Source: Rhizobacter sp. (GTDB lineage Bacteria > Pseudomonadota > Gammaproteobacteria > Burkholderiales > Burkholderiaceae_C). From it: a stretch of DNA of 40,166 nt. Location of the stretch: contig JAYSLR010000100.1 of assembly GCA_043725365.1 (NCBI GenBank), forward strand, positions 1 to 40,166. The letters are read 5' to 3'. The notes below the pieces were generated by a model. That model saw nothing but the letters and a program-made list of their open reading frames with translations. It did no database searches and was not told the DNA's origin. This document shows, piece after piece, positions 9,235 to 20,546 of this stretch (positions are counted from its first letter, which is position 1; the number at the start of each line of letters is the position of its first letter). The position numbers and the translations under genes are program-made.

Positions 9235-9327
9235 CGTGTCTCCTCGTTGGTCCGTGTATCCGGACTGACCGAACGATAGGTGGATGTCGAGTGGCAGGCC
9301 ACTTCGGGAGTAACCCTAGGCCTGCGC

Positions 9328-9344
9328 TGTTCCGTTGCGAGACA
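9328..9344. promoter_or_regulatory. TGT-N11-ACA site (TGTTCCGTTGCGAGACA), candidate binding site of the Fis-HTH regulator
   Basis: Lies in the 160-bp divergent intergenic region and fits the TGT...ACA dyad typical of Fis-type HTH activators. Confidence 0.4.
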
Positions 9345-9394
9345 GCTTGTCCGCACGCCCTCGTCCATCGCACACTCGCCATCCGAGACCTGAC

Positions 9395-10558
9395 ATGAGC
9401 ATCGGCCCCAGCCTGCCCGCCAACCCGTTCTACGCCTCGCCCGAGCAGCGCGTAGCGCTCGCACGCCGCCGCTTCTTCGAGGACGGCGTGCGGCCCACCG
9501 GCATGGTCAGCGAGGCGGTGATCCAGTCGTGGTCGCGCTGCCTGCGCAGCCACCCGGATCCCGCGCGGCCGGCGGTGTTCGAGCCGGTCACGGCCAGCCG
9601 CGTGCACGGCGTCCTGCGCAGGAACCGCCAGCTGCTGGAGGCGGCGGGCGACGAGCTGCAACGGCTGCGGGTGACGCTGGCGGGCACCAGCGGCACGGCG
9701 ATCCTCACCGATGCACAGGGCGTGATCATCGGCACGACGTTCACGCAAAGCCGCAGCCACGAGCGGCTGATGCCCGTCACCACGAGAATCGGGGTGAACC
9801 TGGCCGAGGAAATCGTCGGCACGACTGCACCGGGCATCACCGCGCGCAGTGGCCAGCCGAGCGTGGTCCTGGGCAGCGAGCATTTCTTCGGGAACGTTCA
9901 GGTGATGCACTGCGCCGCAGCGCCGATCCGCGATGTGCGGGGCGAGGTGGCCGGCGTGCTGGATCTCTCGAGCGAAGGCATTCCCTTCGGATTCGACGCG
10001 GCCTCGGTGGTCGCGCACTACGCCGCCGAGATCGAGAACCGGCTGCTGTGCGCGCAGTCCACGGAGCACCTGGTGGTGCGCATGCAGATCGCTCCGGCGC
10101 TGCTGCACACGCCGATGGCCGCGCTGGTCGGCGTCACGGGCGACGGCCGCATCGACTGGCTGAACGGCGCCGCCGCGCGGCTGCTCGGTTTGACGGTGCC
10201 GCTCGGGCAACGCGACATGGCATGGGTCGAGGATCGCTTCGGCGTGCCACTCGAGGCGCTCGCAGCGATGTCCACGCGCAGCGAGCCGCGACCGCTGCAT
10301 CTGCCGAACGGATTGACGCTGTGGGTAGGCTGCGAATGGCACACGCGCGTTGACCACCACGACCTGCACGCGGCCGCGACGGAGCCTGCGCCGCCGCAGC
10401 CTTCGCCCGCTCAAGCGCCGGCCACGCTGCGCGACACGGAGCGTCGGGCGGTCGAGCGTGTGCTGGGCGAATGCGGCGGAAACGTGTCGAAGGCGGCGCG
10501 CGCGCTCGGCGTGTCGCGCGGTCTGATCTACCGCCATCTTCGACAGCCCGACGATTGA
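9395..10558 (+). CDS. AcoR-like GAF + PAS-like + Fis-HTH transcriptional regulator lacking the sigma54 AAA+ domain
   Basis: IQSWSRC, GAF region (EEIVGTTAPG...CAAAPIRD..G.VAGVLDLS), C-terminal GNVSKAARALGVSRGLIYRHL. No Walker A or GAFTGA in 387 aa. Confidence 0.85.
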   Translation: MSIGPSLPANPFYASPEQRVALARRRFFEDGVRPTGMVSEAVIQSWSRCLRSHPDPARPAVFEPVTASRVHGVLRRNRQLLEAAGDELQRLRVTLAGTSGTAILTDAQGVIIGTTFTQSRSHERLMPVTTRIGVNLAEEIVGTTAPGITARSGQPSVVLGSEHFFGNVQVMHCAAAPIRDVRGEVAGVLDLSSEGIPFGFDAASVVAHYAAEIENRLLCAQSTEHLVVRMQIAPALLHTPMAALVGVTGDGRIDWLNGAAARLLGLTVPLGQRDMAWVEDRFGVPLEALAAMSTRSEPRPLHLPNGLTLWVGCEWHTRVDHHDLHAAATEPAPPQPSPAQAPATLRDTERRAVERVLGECGGNVSKAARALGVSRGLIYRHLRQPDD

Positions 10559-10756
10559 CGCGCCCGGCCGTTCCTCGCGATCCTTGGGCCTGTCGGGCTC
10601 GCGTCCAAGCACTCGACGGGCCATCGGATCACACGTGTTTTCCCTGAGCGCCGCCTCTGTAAAGCACGGGCCGGCGGCCTTGCCAAGCGCGGGCGATGGC
10701 CCGAAGATGCCCCCCGCGATGTGCGCAGCCTGCGCTCGCGCCCTGAAGGAGACACC

Positions 10757-11980
10757 ATGCAGAACAAGGCCGCGGCGCTCGTCGCTTGCGCAACCCTGGC
10801 CATCGCCGTCCCGGCGCTCGCGGCCGAACCGATCCGGATCGGCGTCATCGCCGAGGCCCAGGCCGTGGCCGGATCATCCATCGGCCCCGCGGCCCAGCTC
10901 GCGGCCGAGGAGATCAACGCCAAGGGCGGCATCGACGGCCGCAAGGTCGAGGTCGTCGTCTACGACGATCATTCCTCCTCCGCCGAGGCCGTGCGCGCGT
11001 TCCAGCGCGCGGTCAGCGAAGACAAGGTCAACGCCGTCATTGCCAGCTACATCTCCGAGGTCGTGCTGGCGCTCGAGCCGTGGGCCGGGCGCCTGAAGAC
11101 GGTGATGATCACCCCCGGCGCCGCCTCCGACGTGATCACCCAGAACATCGCCAAGGACTACGAGCACAACAAGTACACCTTCCACGGGTACCTGACGTCG
11201 AGCGCCCTGGCCGGGCTGGTCTGCGACGCCGCCAAGGACCTGCTGGTCACGCCCTTCAAGATGAAGACCGCGGTCATCGTCAGCGAGGACGCCGCCTGGA
11301 CGACACCGCTCGACGCCGGCTACGAAGCGTGTCTGCCGAAGGTCGGCCTCAAGGTGCTCGACCACCTGCGCTTCTCGCCCGACACCACCGATTTCACGCC
11401 GATCTTCAACAAGATCGAAGGCCTGAAGCCCGATGTCATGATCACCGGCATCTCCCACGTCGGCACCCAGCCCACGGTGCAGTGGAAGAGCCAGCAGGTG
11501 CCGATCCCGATGTTCGGGATCTCGTCGCAGGCGACCAACTCGACCTTCTGGAAGGACACCAACGGTGCCACCGAAGGCGTGCTCTTCAACGCGGTCTCGG
11601 GGCCCGGCGTCGCGGTGACGCCGAAGACGCTGCCGTTCGTCGCGGCGTATCAGAAGAAATACGGGAACGTGCCGGCGTATTCCGGCTACACCGCTTACGA
11701 CGAGGTGTACATGATCGCCGACGCCATCCGTCGCGCGAAGTCCACCGACAGCGACAAGCTCGTCGACGCGATGGAGAAGACCGACTACGTCGGCACGATC
11801 GGCCGCGTCGAGTTTCTTCCGAAGGGCGACCCGCATGTCCATGGCCTGCGCACCGGCCCGGGCTACATCACCGGCCTGATGCTGCAATGGCAGGACGGCA
11901 AGCAGCTGAACCTGTGGCCGAAGGAGCTGGCCGCCGGCACGCTGAAGTTCCCGGCCTTCGTCAAGGTCGCGGCGCACTGA
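10757..11980 (+). CDS. Liv-type (branched-chain amino acid family) ABC transporter substrate-binding protein
   Basis: Signal peptide, IRIGVI, LAAEEINAKGGIDGRKVEVVVYDD; AAGGAG RBS. Confidence 0.92.
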   Translation: MQNKAAALVACATLAIAVPALAAEPIRIGVIAEAQAVAGSSIGPAAQLAAEEINAKGGIDGRKVEVVVYDDHSSSAEAVRAFQRAVSEDKVNAVIASYISEVVLALEPWAGRLKTVMITPGAASDVITQNIAKDYEHNKYTFHGYLTSSALAGLVCDAAKDLLVTPFKMKTAVIVSEDAAWTTPLDAGYEACLPKVGLKVLDHLRFSPDTTDFTPIFNKIEGLKPDVMITGISHVGTQPTVQWKSQQVPIPMFGISSQATNSTFWKDTNGATEGVLFNAVSGPGVAVTPKTLPFVAAYQKKYGNVPAYSGYTAYDEVYMIADAIRRAKSTDSDKLVDAMEKTDYVGTIGRVEFLPKGDPHVHGLRTGPGYITGLMLQWQDGKQLNLWPKELAAGTLKFPAFVKVAAH

Positions 11981-11990
11981 CCACCGCTGC

Positions 11991-12015
11991 GCGGGCCGGC
12001 ATTTCCCCGGCCCGC
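11991..12015 (+). other. GC-rich stem-loop after the binding-protein gene (mRNA-stabilising or attenuating)
   Basis: GCGGGCCGG-CATTTCC-CCGGCCCGC; no U-tract. Confidence 0.5.
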
Positions 12016-12056
12016 TTCGATCCACCGCGCGGACACGGATCGGCGGTTGTAAACGC

Positions 12057-12932
12057 ATGCTCTTCTGGCAGATCCTCATCGATGGCTTCGCCATCAGCGC
12101 CCTGTACGCGCTGGGCGCCACCGGATTCACGCTGATCTTCGGCGTGTCCGGCGTCCTCAACCTGTCGCACGGCGCGATCATGGTCGGCGCGGCCGTGGCC
12201 GCCTGGGCCGCCGCCGGGCTGCTCCATGTCAACGCCTATGTCGCGGCATTGATCGGCATCGGCGTCGGCGTCGTGCTGGCCTTCGCGACCTACTTCATCA
12301 CGGTGCGCCCGATCCAGCGATCGCGACGGATCGCCGAGTCGGAACGCGAGATCTTCATCCTGACCGCGACGCTGCTGTGGGGCATCATCATCCAGGAGCT
12401 GGTCGCCTGGCTCTACACCAACAACGCCAAGACGGTGCTGCCCATCGTGGAGGGCGTCGTCACCGTGTTCGGCGTGCGCACCCCGACCAACGAGTTCTTC
12501 ACCGCCGTCGTCTGCTGGCTCGTCATCGGATTGCTCTGGCTGCTCGTGAACCGCACGCGCCGCGGCAAGTCGGTGCTGGCGGCGTCGATGAATCCGCGTG
12601 GCGTGACGCTCCTCGGGATCGAGCTCTCCAGCATCTACCTCACGGTGTGGGCCCTCTACGGCCTGCTCGCCGGCATCGCCGGCGTCCTGCTCGGCATGTT
12701 CCTCGGTGTCAGCTCGTACAGCGTCGGGCCGCTGACGGCGAGCGCGTTCTCGATCGTCGTGCTCGGCGGCCTCGGGAGCGTTTCCGGATCGCTGATCGCC
12801 GCCTACGTCGTCGGCTACCTCGAGACGGTCACGGCCTACATGATCTCGCCGGCCTACCGGACCATTCCTGCGCTGCTCCTGCTCCTGGTCGTGATGTACG
12901 TGCGGCCGCAAGGGCTCTTCGGGCGGCGCTGA
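12057..12932 (+). CDS. Liv-type ABC permease (LivH-like)
   Basis: ALGATGFTLIFGVSGVLNLSHG; AFSIVVLGGLGS; VRPQGLFG. Confidence 0.92.
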   Translation: MLFWQILIDGFAISALYALGATGFTLIFGVSGVLNLSHGAIMVGAAVAAWAAAGLLHVNAYVAALIGIGVGVVLAFATYFITVRPIQRSRRIAESEREIFILTATLLWGIIIQELVAWLYTNNAKTVLPIVEGVVTVFGVRTPTNEFFTAVVCWLVIGLLWLLVNRTRRGKSVLAASMNPRGVTLLGIELSSIYLTVWALYGLLAGIAGVLLGMFLGVSSYSVGPLTASAFSIVVLGGLGSVSGSLIAAYVVGYLETVTAYMISPAYRTIPALLLLLVVMYVRPQGLFGRR

Positions 12933-12934
12933 CC

Positions 12935-13864
12935 ATGCGGCCGATCTTCAGCTCGAGGTTGTTCTGGATCGGCGTGGCCACGCTCGCCGCCGGCGCCGTG
13001 CTGCCGCTGTTCGCGTCGGGGTACGTGCTGGGCCTGCTGACGGTGGCGTTCTACACCGCCGTCTTCGCGATGTCGTGGGACCTGCTGTTCGGCTTCGCGG
13101 GCGAGGTGAACTTCGGCCCCACCTTTCTGATCGGCCTGGGCGCGTACACCGCGGGCATCCTCGACGCGCGGCTGTCGCCCGGCATCTCGATCTGGCTGTG
13201 CGTCGCCGCCGGGGCGACGGCGGCCGTCGTCGGCGGCGTCGTGCTCGCGCTGCCGGCGCTGCGCCTGCGCGGCCCCTACTTCGGGCTGACGACGCTGGTC
13301 GCCGTGCTGATGCTGCAGAACCTCATCGTCGTCTTCGCCGACCTGACCGGCGGCGAGATCGGCCTGCCGGTTCCCGACGTGATCTCGATCGACGCCCACG
13401 TCAACTACTGGATCGCCTTTGCCTTCATGGCGGTGAGCGGTGCGATCCTCTTCGGGCTGTCGCGCTCGGCCATCGGCCTGATCCTGCAGGCCAGCGGTCA
13501 GGACGCGGTGCAGGCCGGCGCCCTCGGCTTCAACGTCGCGAAGCACAAGCTCGCGGCATTCATCGTCAGCGCCTTTTTCTCGGGCCTGGCCGGCTCGCTG
13601 ATGGTCTTCTACATGGGCACGGCATCGGTCGGCACCTTCGTCGACATCTCCGTCGGCGTGCAGGTGATCATTGCCGCCGTGCTCGGCGGCCGGCGCACGG
13701 TCGTCGGTGCCGCCATCGGCGCCATCTTCCTGATCGGCATGGGCGAACTGCTGCGGCCGCTCGGCGAGATGGCGACGCTGATCGTCTCGGTAATCGCCCT
13801 GCTGGTGATCCTGTTCTTCCCCGACGGGTTCCTCGGCATCCTGCGCGGCCGGGCGAGATCGTGA
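12935..13864 (+). CDS. Liv-type ABC permease (LivM-like)
   Basis: AMSWDLLFGFAGEVNFG; LRLRGPYFGLTTL; LTGGEIGL; FFPDGFLG. Confidence 0.92.
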   Translation: MRPIFSSRLFWIGVATLAAGAVLPLFASGYVLGLLTVAFYTAVFAMSWDLLFGFAGEVNFGPTFLIGLGAYTAGILDARLSPGISIWLCVAAGATAAVVGGVVLALPALRLRGPYFGLTTLVAVLMLQNLIVVFADLTGGEIGLPVPDVISIDAHVNYWIAFAFMAVSGAILFGLSRSAIGLILQASGQDAVQAGALGFNVAKHKLAAFIVSAFFSGLAGSLMVFYMGTASVGTFVDISVGVQVIIAAVLGGRRTVVGAAIGAIFLIGMGELLRPLGEMATLIVSVIALLVILFFPDGFLGILRGRARS

Positions 13865-15333
13865 GCAGCGCCGTGCCGATGCTCGAGGTGTCGAACCTGA
13901 CCAAGCGCTACGGCGGCCTGGTCGCGGTCAAGGACCTGAGCTTCTCGATCCGCCCCGGCGAGATCCTCGGCCTCATCGGCCCGAACGGCTCGGGCAAGTC
14001 GACGGCGATGAAGACCATCCTCGGCGTCGAGACGCCGAGCGCAGGCTCGGTCAGGCTCGACGGCGTCGAGCTCGCCGGCCTGCCCGCCCACCGGATCGCG
14101 CGCCACGGCGTCGGCCTGGTCTTCCAGCACTCGCGGCCGCTCAACCGGCAGACGGTGCTCGAGAACATCAAGGTGGCCCTGCTGCCCGACAAGCTCACGC
14201 AGCTCTTCGCCGGAGCCCACGTCGACGCCCAGGCCCGCTCGATCGCCGAGCGCGTCGGCCTGGGCGCGGTGATCGACCGCAAGCCGCCGACGCTCGGCTT
14301 CGCCGACCTGCGCCGGCTCGAGCTGGCGAAGGCGATCGCCCGGCATCCCAAGCTCGTGATGGTCGACGAACCGTTCGCAGGCCTGACGATCTCCGAGGTG
14401 GCGGTATTCTCCGAGCTCATCCGCGAGTTCCGTGCCGAGGGCCGTGCGGTGCTCCTGGTCGACCACAACGTCAAGGGCGTCGCGGCACTCGTCGACCGGG
14501 TGCTGGCCATGTACCTGGGCGAGAAGATCGCCGAGGGCGCCGCCGCCGACGTGATGCGCGACGAGACCGTGCGCCGGGTCTATCTCGGCGGGGCCCTCGA
14601 GACCTCGGCGCGCCCCGAGACCAGCTTCCACGACCGGGTGCCGCTGCTGCAGGTCGAGAACGCGAGCGTCTTCTACGGCAAGGCACTGGCGCTGCAGGAT
14701 GTCTCGCTGCACGTGCACGAGGGCGAATTCGTCTCCGTCGTCGGCCTCAACGGCGCCGGCAAGACGACGCTCTTCAACGCCATTTCGGGGCTGGTGCCGT
14801 ACACCGGCGCGGTGCGCTGGGCCGGCGATGCGCTGCGCGCCCGCAGCGCCGCGGCGATCGCCCGCGGCGGCATCGTCCAGTGCCCGGAAACGCGCGAGCT
14901 GTTCGGCGACATGAGCGTGCGCGAGAACCTCGAACTCGGCGGCAATGCGCTGTCCGACGAGGAGCGCGGGCAACGCCTGGAGTGGCTGGTCGACCTCTTT
15001 CCGATCCTCAGGAGCCGACAGTCGCAGATGGCGCGCACGCTCAGCGGCGGCGAACAGCAGATGCTGGCCATCGCCCGGGCGCTGATGATGAAGCCGCGGC
15101 TTCTCATCCTCGACGAGCCGACCCTCGGCCTGGCGCCGGTGATCCTCGAGACGCTTTCGAAGGCCCTGGAAAAGCTGCGCGCCACGACGTCGATCAGCGT
15201 CCTGCTCGGCGAGCAGAACGTCACCTTTGCGCTTCCCCACGCCGACCGCGTCTACGTGCTCGACCACGCCCGGATCGCCTGGGAAGGCCCGCCCGGCCGG
15301 TTCGAGGAAGAAGCGGCAGCGACCTATTTGTGA
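13861..15333 (+). CDS. Fused LivG-LivF double ABC ATPase
   Basis: Two Walker A motifs (GPNGSGKS, GLNGAGKT), two Walker B motifs (MVDEP, ILDEP), and LSGGEQQ in the second domain. GTG start overlaps the permease stop; ATG at 13879 is an alternative. Confidence 0.9.
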   Translation: MSSAVPMLEVSNLTKRYGGLVAVKDLSFSIRPGEILGLIGPNGSGKSTAMKTILGVETPSAGSVRLDGVELAGLPAHRIARHGVGLVFQHSRPLNRQTVLENIKVALLPDKLTQLFAGAHVDAQARSIAERVGLGAVIDRKPPTLGFADLRRLELAKAIARHPKLVMVDEPFAGLTISEVAVFSELIREFRAEGRAVLLVDHNVKGVAALVDRVLAMYLGEKIAEGAAADVMRDETVRRVYLGGALETSARPETSFHDRVPLLQVENASVFYGKALALQDVSLHVHEGEFVSVVGLNGAGKTTLFNAISGLVPYTGAVRWAGDALRARSAAAIARGGIVQCPETRELFGDMSVRENLELGGNALSDEERGQRLEWLVDLFPILRSRQSQMARTLSGGEQQMLAIARALMMKPRLLILDEPTLGLAPVILETLSKALEKLRATTSISVLLGEQNVTFALPHADRVYVLDHARIAWEGPPGRFEEEAAATYL

Positions 15334-15385
15334 GTGAAGCCCAAGACCGATCGCCGCCGCGACGTCCCGGCGCTCGCCGACGCAC

Positions 15386-16717
15386 TCACACGATCAGCAG
15401 CGCGCGGAAGTCGTTGACGTTCGTGAACGTCGGCCCCGGCACGACCAGGTCGCCGAGCGGCTTGAAGAAGTTGTAGGCGTCGTTCGCGTCGAGGTACTCG
15501 GCCGGCTTCAGCCCCGCGGCCTGCGCGCGCGCCAGCGTGCTCGGCGTGACGATCGCGCCGGCGTTGTCCTCGACGCCGTCGATGCCGTCGGTGTCGCCGG
15601 CCAGCACGTGCACGCCGGGCTCGCCCTGCAGCGCGATCGCGCAGCCGAGCAGGAATTCGGTGGCGCGGCCGCCCTGCCCCGGGCGCGTGCCGGGGCCGCG
15701 CGGCCCGTCGCCCTGGCCCGCCACGGTCACGGTGGTCTCGCCGCCCGACAGGATCACGCAGGGCCTGGCGAACGGCGCGCCGTGCCGGACCACGTAGCGC
15801 GCGAGCGCGGCATGCACCTTGCCGACCTCGCGCGACTCGCCTTCCATCTCGTCGCTGAGCACGTGCACGCCGATGCCGGCGCGGCGCGCGAGCGCGGCCG
15901 CGGCTTCGAGCGACTGCTGCGGCGTCGCGATCATGTGCACGCGGTGGCCGTCGAAGCGCGCGTCGCCGGGCTTCGGCGTCTCGAGGGCGCCGCTCTCCAG
16001 CCCGGCGCACGCCGCCGCCGGCACGTCGATCCGGTAGCGCGCGAGAATGCGCAGCGCATCGGCGCAGGTCGTCGCGTCGGGCACGGTCGGGCCGCTGCCG
16101 ATGACCTGCGGCGAGTCGCCCGGCACGTCGCTGATCAGCAGCGTGACGACCGGCGCCGGCGCGCACATCGCCGCGAGCCGCCCGCCCTTGATCGCCGACA
16201 GGTGCTTGCGCACGCAGTTCATCTCGTCGATCGCGGCGCCGGAGCGAAGCAGCGCCTTGTTGATCGCCTGCTTCTGCTCGAGCGTGATGCCTTCGGCCGG
16301 CATCGCCAGCAGCGACGAGGCGCCGCCCGAGATCAGGCACAGCACCAGGTCGTCCGGCGTCAGGCCGCGCGTCAGCTCGGCGATGCGCTTCGCGGCGCGC
16401 CGGCCGGCCTCGTCGGGCACCGGGTGCGCGGCCTCGACGACCTCGATGCGGCCCGGGTTCGTCTTGTAGGCCGGCGGCACGTAGTCGTAGCGCGTGACGA
16501 CCAGGCCCGACATCGACGCGTGCTTCGGCCACGCCGCATCGACCGCCGCGGCCATCGCGCCACCCGCCTTGCCGGCGCCGAGCACCAGCGTGCGGCCTTT
16601 CGGCGGGGCGGGCAGGAACGCAGCGATCTCGGGGCCCGGCACCGCTTGCGCGACCGCGGCATCGAACAGTGCGCGCAGGAAGCCGCGCGGATCGGTCTGG
16701 GGCGAAGGCAGGGTCAT
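15386..16717 (-). CDS. ttuD: Glycerate 2-kinase (MOFRL/TtuD family)
   Basis: GAGKAGGAM, EAAHPVPD, LISGGASSL, RKHLSAIKGG, SGGETTV, DTDGIDG, GPTFTNVNDFR. Confidence 0.92.
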   Translation of the reverse strand: MTLPSPQTDPRGFLRALFDAAVAQAVPGPEIAAFLPAPPKGRTLVLGAGKAGGAMAAAVDAAWPKHASMSGLVVTRYDYVPPAYKTNPGRIEVVEAAHPVPDEAGRRAAKRIAELTRGLTPDDLVLCLISGGASSLLAMPAEGITLEQKQAINKALLRSGAAIDEMNCVRKHLSAIKGGRLAAMCAPAPVVTLLISDVPGDSPQVIGSGPTVPDATTCADALRILARYRIDVPAAACAGLESGALETPKPGDARFDGHRVHMIATPQQSLEAAAALARRAGIGVHVLSDEMEGESREVGKVHAALARYVVRHGAPFARPCVILSGGETTVTVAGQGDGPRGPGTRPGQGGRATEFLLGCAIALQGEPGVHVLAGDTDGIDGVEDNAGAIVTPSTLARAQAAGLKPAEYLDANDAYNFFKPLGDLVVPGPTFTNVNDFRALLIV

Positions 16718-16813
16718 TTGGGGGAACCTTCGTGCTGTGCACTCCGGTATTCGCCCTTGGGGCGGCCCGGCGGACTCATGGTGCGATTATCCCGGCACGC
16801 GACCGGCCGTTGT

Positions 16814-17722
16814 TCACTTCGCGGGGTCGGGTGCGACCGGGTGATTCGCCATCAGTTCCAGCGCGTTCACGAGCGACGAGTGATCGAGGTCCTGCCCGCC
16901 GTTGGCCGCGCACACCTGCATCAGCTGCGCCGCGCCCGCGGTCTGCGGCAGCGCGACGCCGAGCGCGCGCGCGCCGGCCAGCGCCAGGCTCAGGTCCTTC
17001 TGGTGCAGCCCGATCCGGAAGCCCGGTGCGAACGTGCGCTTGATCATCCGTTCGCCGTGCACCTCGAGGATGCGGCTGGCCGCGAAGCCGCCCATCAGCG
17101 CCTGGCGCACCTTGGCCGGGTCGGCACCGGCCTTCGACGCGAACACCAGCGCCTCGCCGACCGCCGCGATGTTGAGCGCGACGATGATCTGGTTCGCGAC
17201 CTTGCAGGTCTGGCCGTCGCCGTTGGCGCCCACCCGCGTGATGTTCTTGCCCATCAGCTCGAACAGCGGTCTGACGCGCTCGAACACGGCCTCGGGGCCG
17301 CCGACCATGATGGTCAGCGAGCCGGCCTTCGCGCCGACCTCGCCGCCGGAAACCGGCGCGTCGAGGTAGTCGCAGCCGAGGGCGTTGATCTTCTGCGCGA
17401 AGGCCTTGGTCTCGATCGGCGAGATCGAGCTCATGTCGACCACCGTCTTGCCCTTGGACAAACCGGCAGCCACGCCATCGTCGCCGAACAGTACCTTGGC
17501 GACGTCCGGCGTGTCGGGCACCATGATGAAGACGATGTCGGCCCGCTCGGCCACGCCCCTGGCCGTGGTGCAGAGGGTCGCGCCGCTCTCGGCGATCTCG
17601 GCGCGGAGCTTGCCGCGCGTGTGCACGAACAGCTGGTGCCCGGCCTTGATCAGGTGGCCCGCCATCGGCGCGCCCATGATGCCCAGGCCGATGAAGCCGA
17701 TCTTTTGCGGGTTGGTGGTCAT
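16814..17722 (-). CDS. glxR: 2-hydroxy-3-oxopropionate (tartronate semialdehyde) reductase
   Basis: GFIGLGIMG, DAPVSGGEVGA, GQTCKVANQIIVA, FRIGLHQKDL; operon context. Confidence 0.95.
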   Translation of the reverse strand: MTTNPQKIGFIGLGIMGAPMAGHLIKAGHQLFVHTRGKLRAEIAESGATLCTTARGVAERADIVFIMVPDTPDVAKVLFGDDGVAAGLSKGKTVVDMSSISPIETKAFAQKINALGCDYLDAPVSGGEVGAKAGSLTIMVGGPEAVFERVRPLFELMGKNITRVGANGDGQTCKVANQIIVALNIAAVGEALVFASKAGADPAKVRQALMGGFAASRILEVHGERMIKRTFAPGFRIGLHQKDLSLALAGARALGVALPQTAGAAQLMQVCAANGGQDLDHSSLVNALELMANHPVAPDPAK

Positions 17723-17749
17723 GTCGTGCTCCTTCGGGGTTGAGACGGG

Positions 17750-18532
17750 TCAGGCCGCGCGCGCCTTGGCAAGCCAGCCCAGGCCCGCTTCGGTGTTGCC
17801 CAGTGGCTTGTATTCGCAGCCGATCGCGCCCTTGTACCCGATGCGATCGAGATGGGCGAACAGGAACGGGTAGTTGATCTCGCCGGTGCCGGGCTCGTTG
17901 CGACCCGGATTGTCGGCCAGCTGGATGTGGGCGATGCGGCCGAGGTGCTTCGCGATCGTCGCCGCCAGCTCGCCCTCCATGCGCTGCATGTGGTAGATGT
18001 CGTACTGCAGGTACAGGTTGTCGGCCCCGACCTCGTCGATGATCGCCAGTGCCTGGGCCGAGCGGTTGATGTAGTAGCCGGGAATGTCGTAGTGGTTGAT
18101 CGGCTCGATCAGCAACTTCAACCCGGCCTTGTTCGCCTCGCCGGCGGCATGGCGCAGGTTCGCGACGAAGGTCTCGCGCAGCGCCGGCTCGGCGACGCCG
18201 GCCGGCGCCTTGCCGGCCATGCAGTGCAGGTTCGGCGAACCCAGGCCGCGGGCGTACTCGACGCCGAGCGCGACACCGTCGCGGAATTCGGCGATGCGTG
18301 CCGGGTCGCAGGCCATGCCGCGGTCGCCGGCGTCCCAGTTGCCGGCCGGCATGTTGTGCAGCACGACCTTCAGGTCGTTGGCGGCCAGCACCGCCTTCAG
18401 CTCGGCCAGCGGGTGCGCGTACGGGAACAGGAACTCGACCTCCTTGAAGCCGGCGCGCGCGGCGCGTTCGAAGCGCTCGAGAAACGGCACCTCGGTGAAG
18501 AGCATCGACAGGTTGGCGGCAAAGCGGGGCAT
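17750..18532 (-). CDS. hyi: Hydroxypyruvate isomerase
   Basis: MPRFAANLSMLFTE, EFLFPY, IEPIN, YDIYHMQ, QLADNPGRNEPGTGEINY, GCEYKP. Confidence 0.95.
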   Translation of the reverse strand: MPRFAANLSMLFTEVPFLERFERAARAGFKEVEFLFPYAHPLAELKAVLAANDLKVVLHNMPAGNWDAGDRGMACDPARIAEFRDGVALGVEYARGLGSPNLHCMAGKAPAGVAEPALRETFVANLRHAAGEANKAGLKLLIEPINHYDIPGYYINRSAQALAIIDEVGADNLYLQYDIYHMQRMEGELAATIAKHLGRIAHIQLADNPGRNEPGTGEINYPFLFAHLDRIGYKGAIGCEYKPLGNTEAGLGWLAKARAA

Positions 18533-18567
18533 GGTGGAATCCTAAGGTTGACGCCGCGGGGCCGGCG

Positions 18568-18637
18568 CCGGGCCGCTCCCGAGCGACCCCGCACCACCCC
18601 GGGCGGTGGCAGCGCTACGCCGCTGCCGGAGGCTGTC
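18568..18637. repeat. REP-like palindromic intergenic element
   Basis: GGCCGCTCCCGAG...CACCACCCCGGGCGGTG...GGCAGCG-CTACGC-CGCTGCC; related to the element at 23128. Confidence 0.55.
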
Positions 18638-18641
18638 GTTT

Positions 18642-20417
<1,776 letters not shown>

Positions 20418-20502
20418 GCGAGTCTCCTTGATCGTTGATCGTCGTGGACCGCATGATCGGCAGTCGGCGCCGCGCCGGCAACGCCGGGCGCCGATAAGTG
20501 CT

Positions 20503-20517
20503 ATTCCGAGGCGGAAT
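20503..20517. promoter_or_regulatory. LysR box ATTCCG-AGG-CGGAAT (T-N11-A dyad)
   Basis: Inverted repeat between the divergent gcl and LysR genes. Confidence 0.65.
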
Positions 20518-20546
20518 GGCCTGCCGCCCGAGGCATGATGCCGCCC

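Noticed and set aside
9290-9310. TGGCAGG as a sigma54 -24 element
   Set aside because: No correctly spaced TTGC -12 element, and it faces away from the dehydrogenase.
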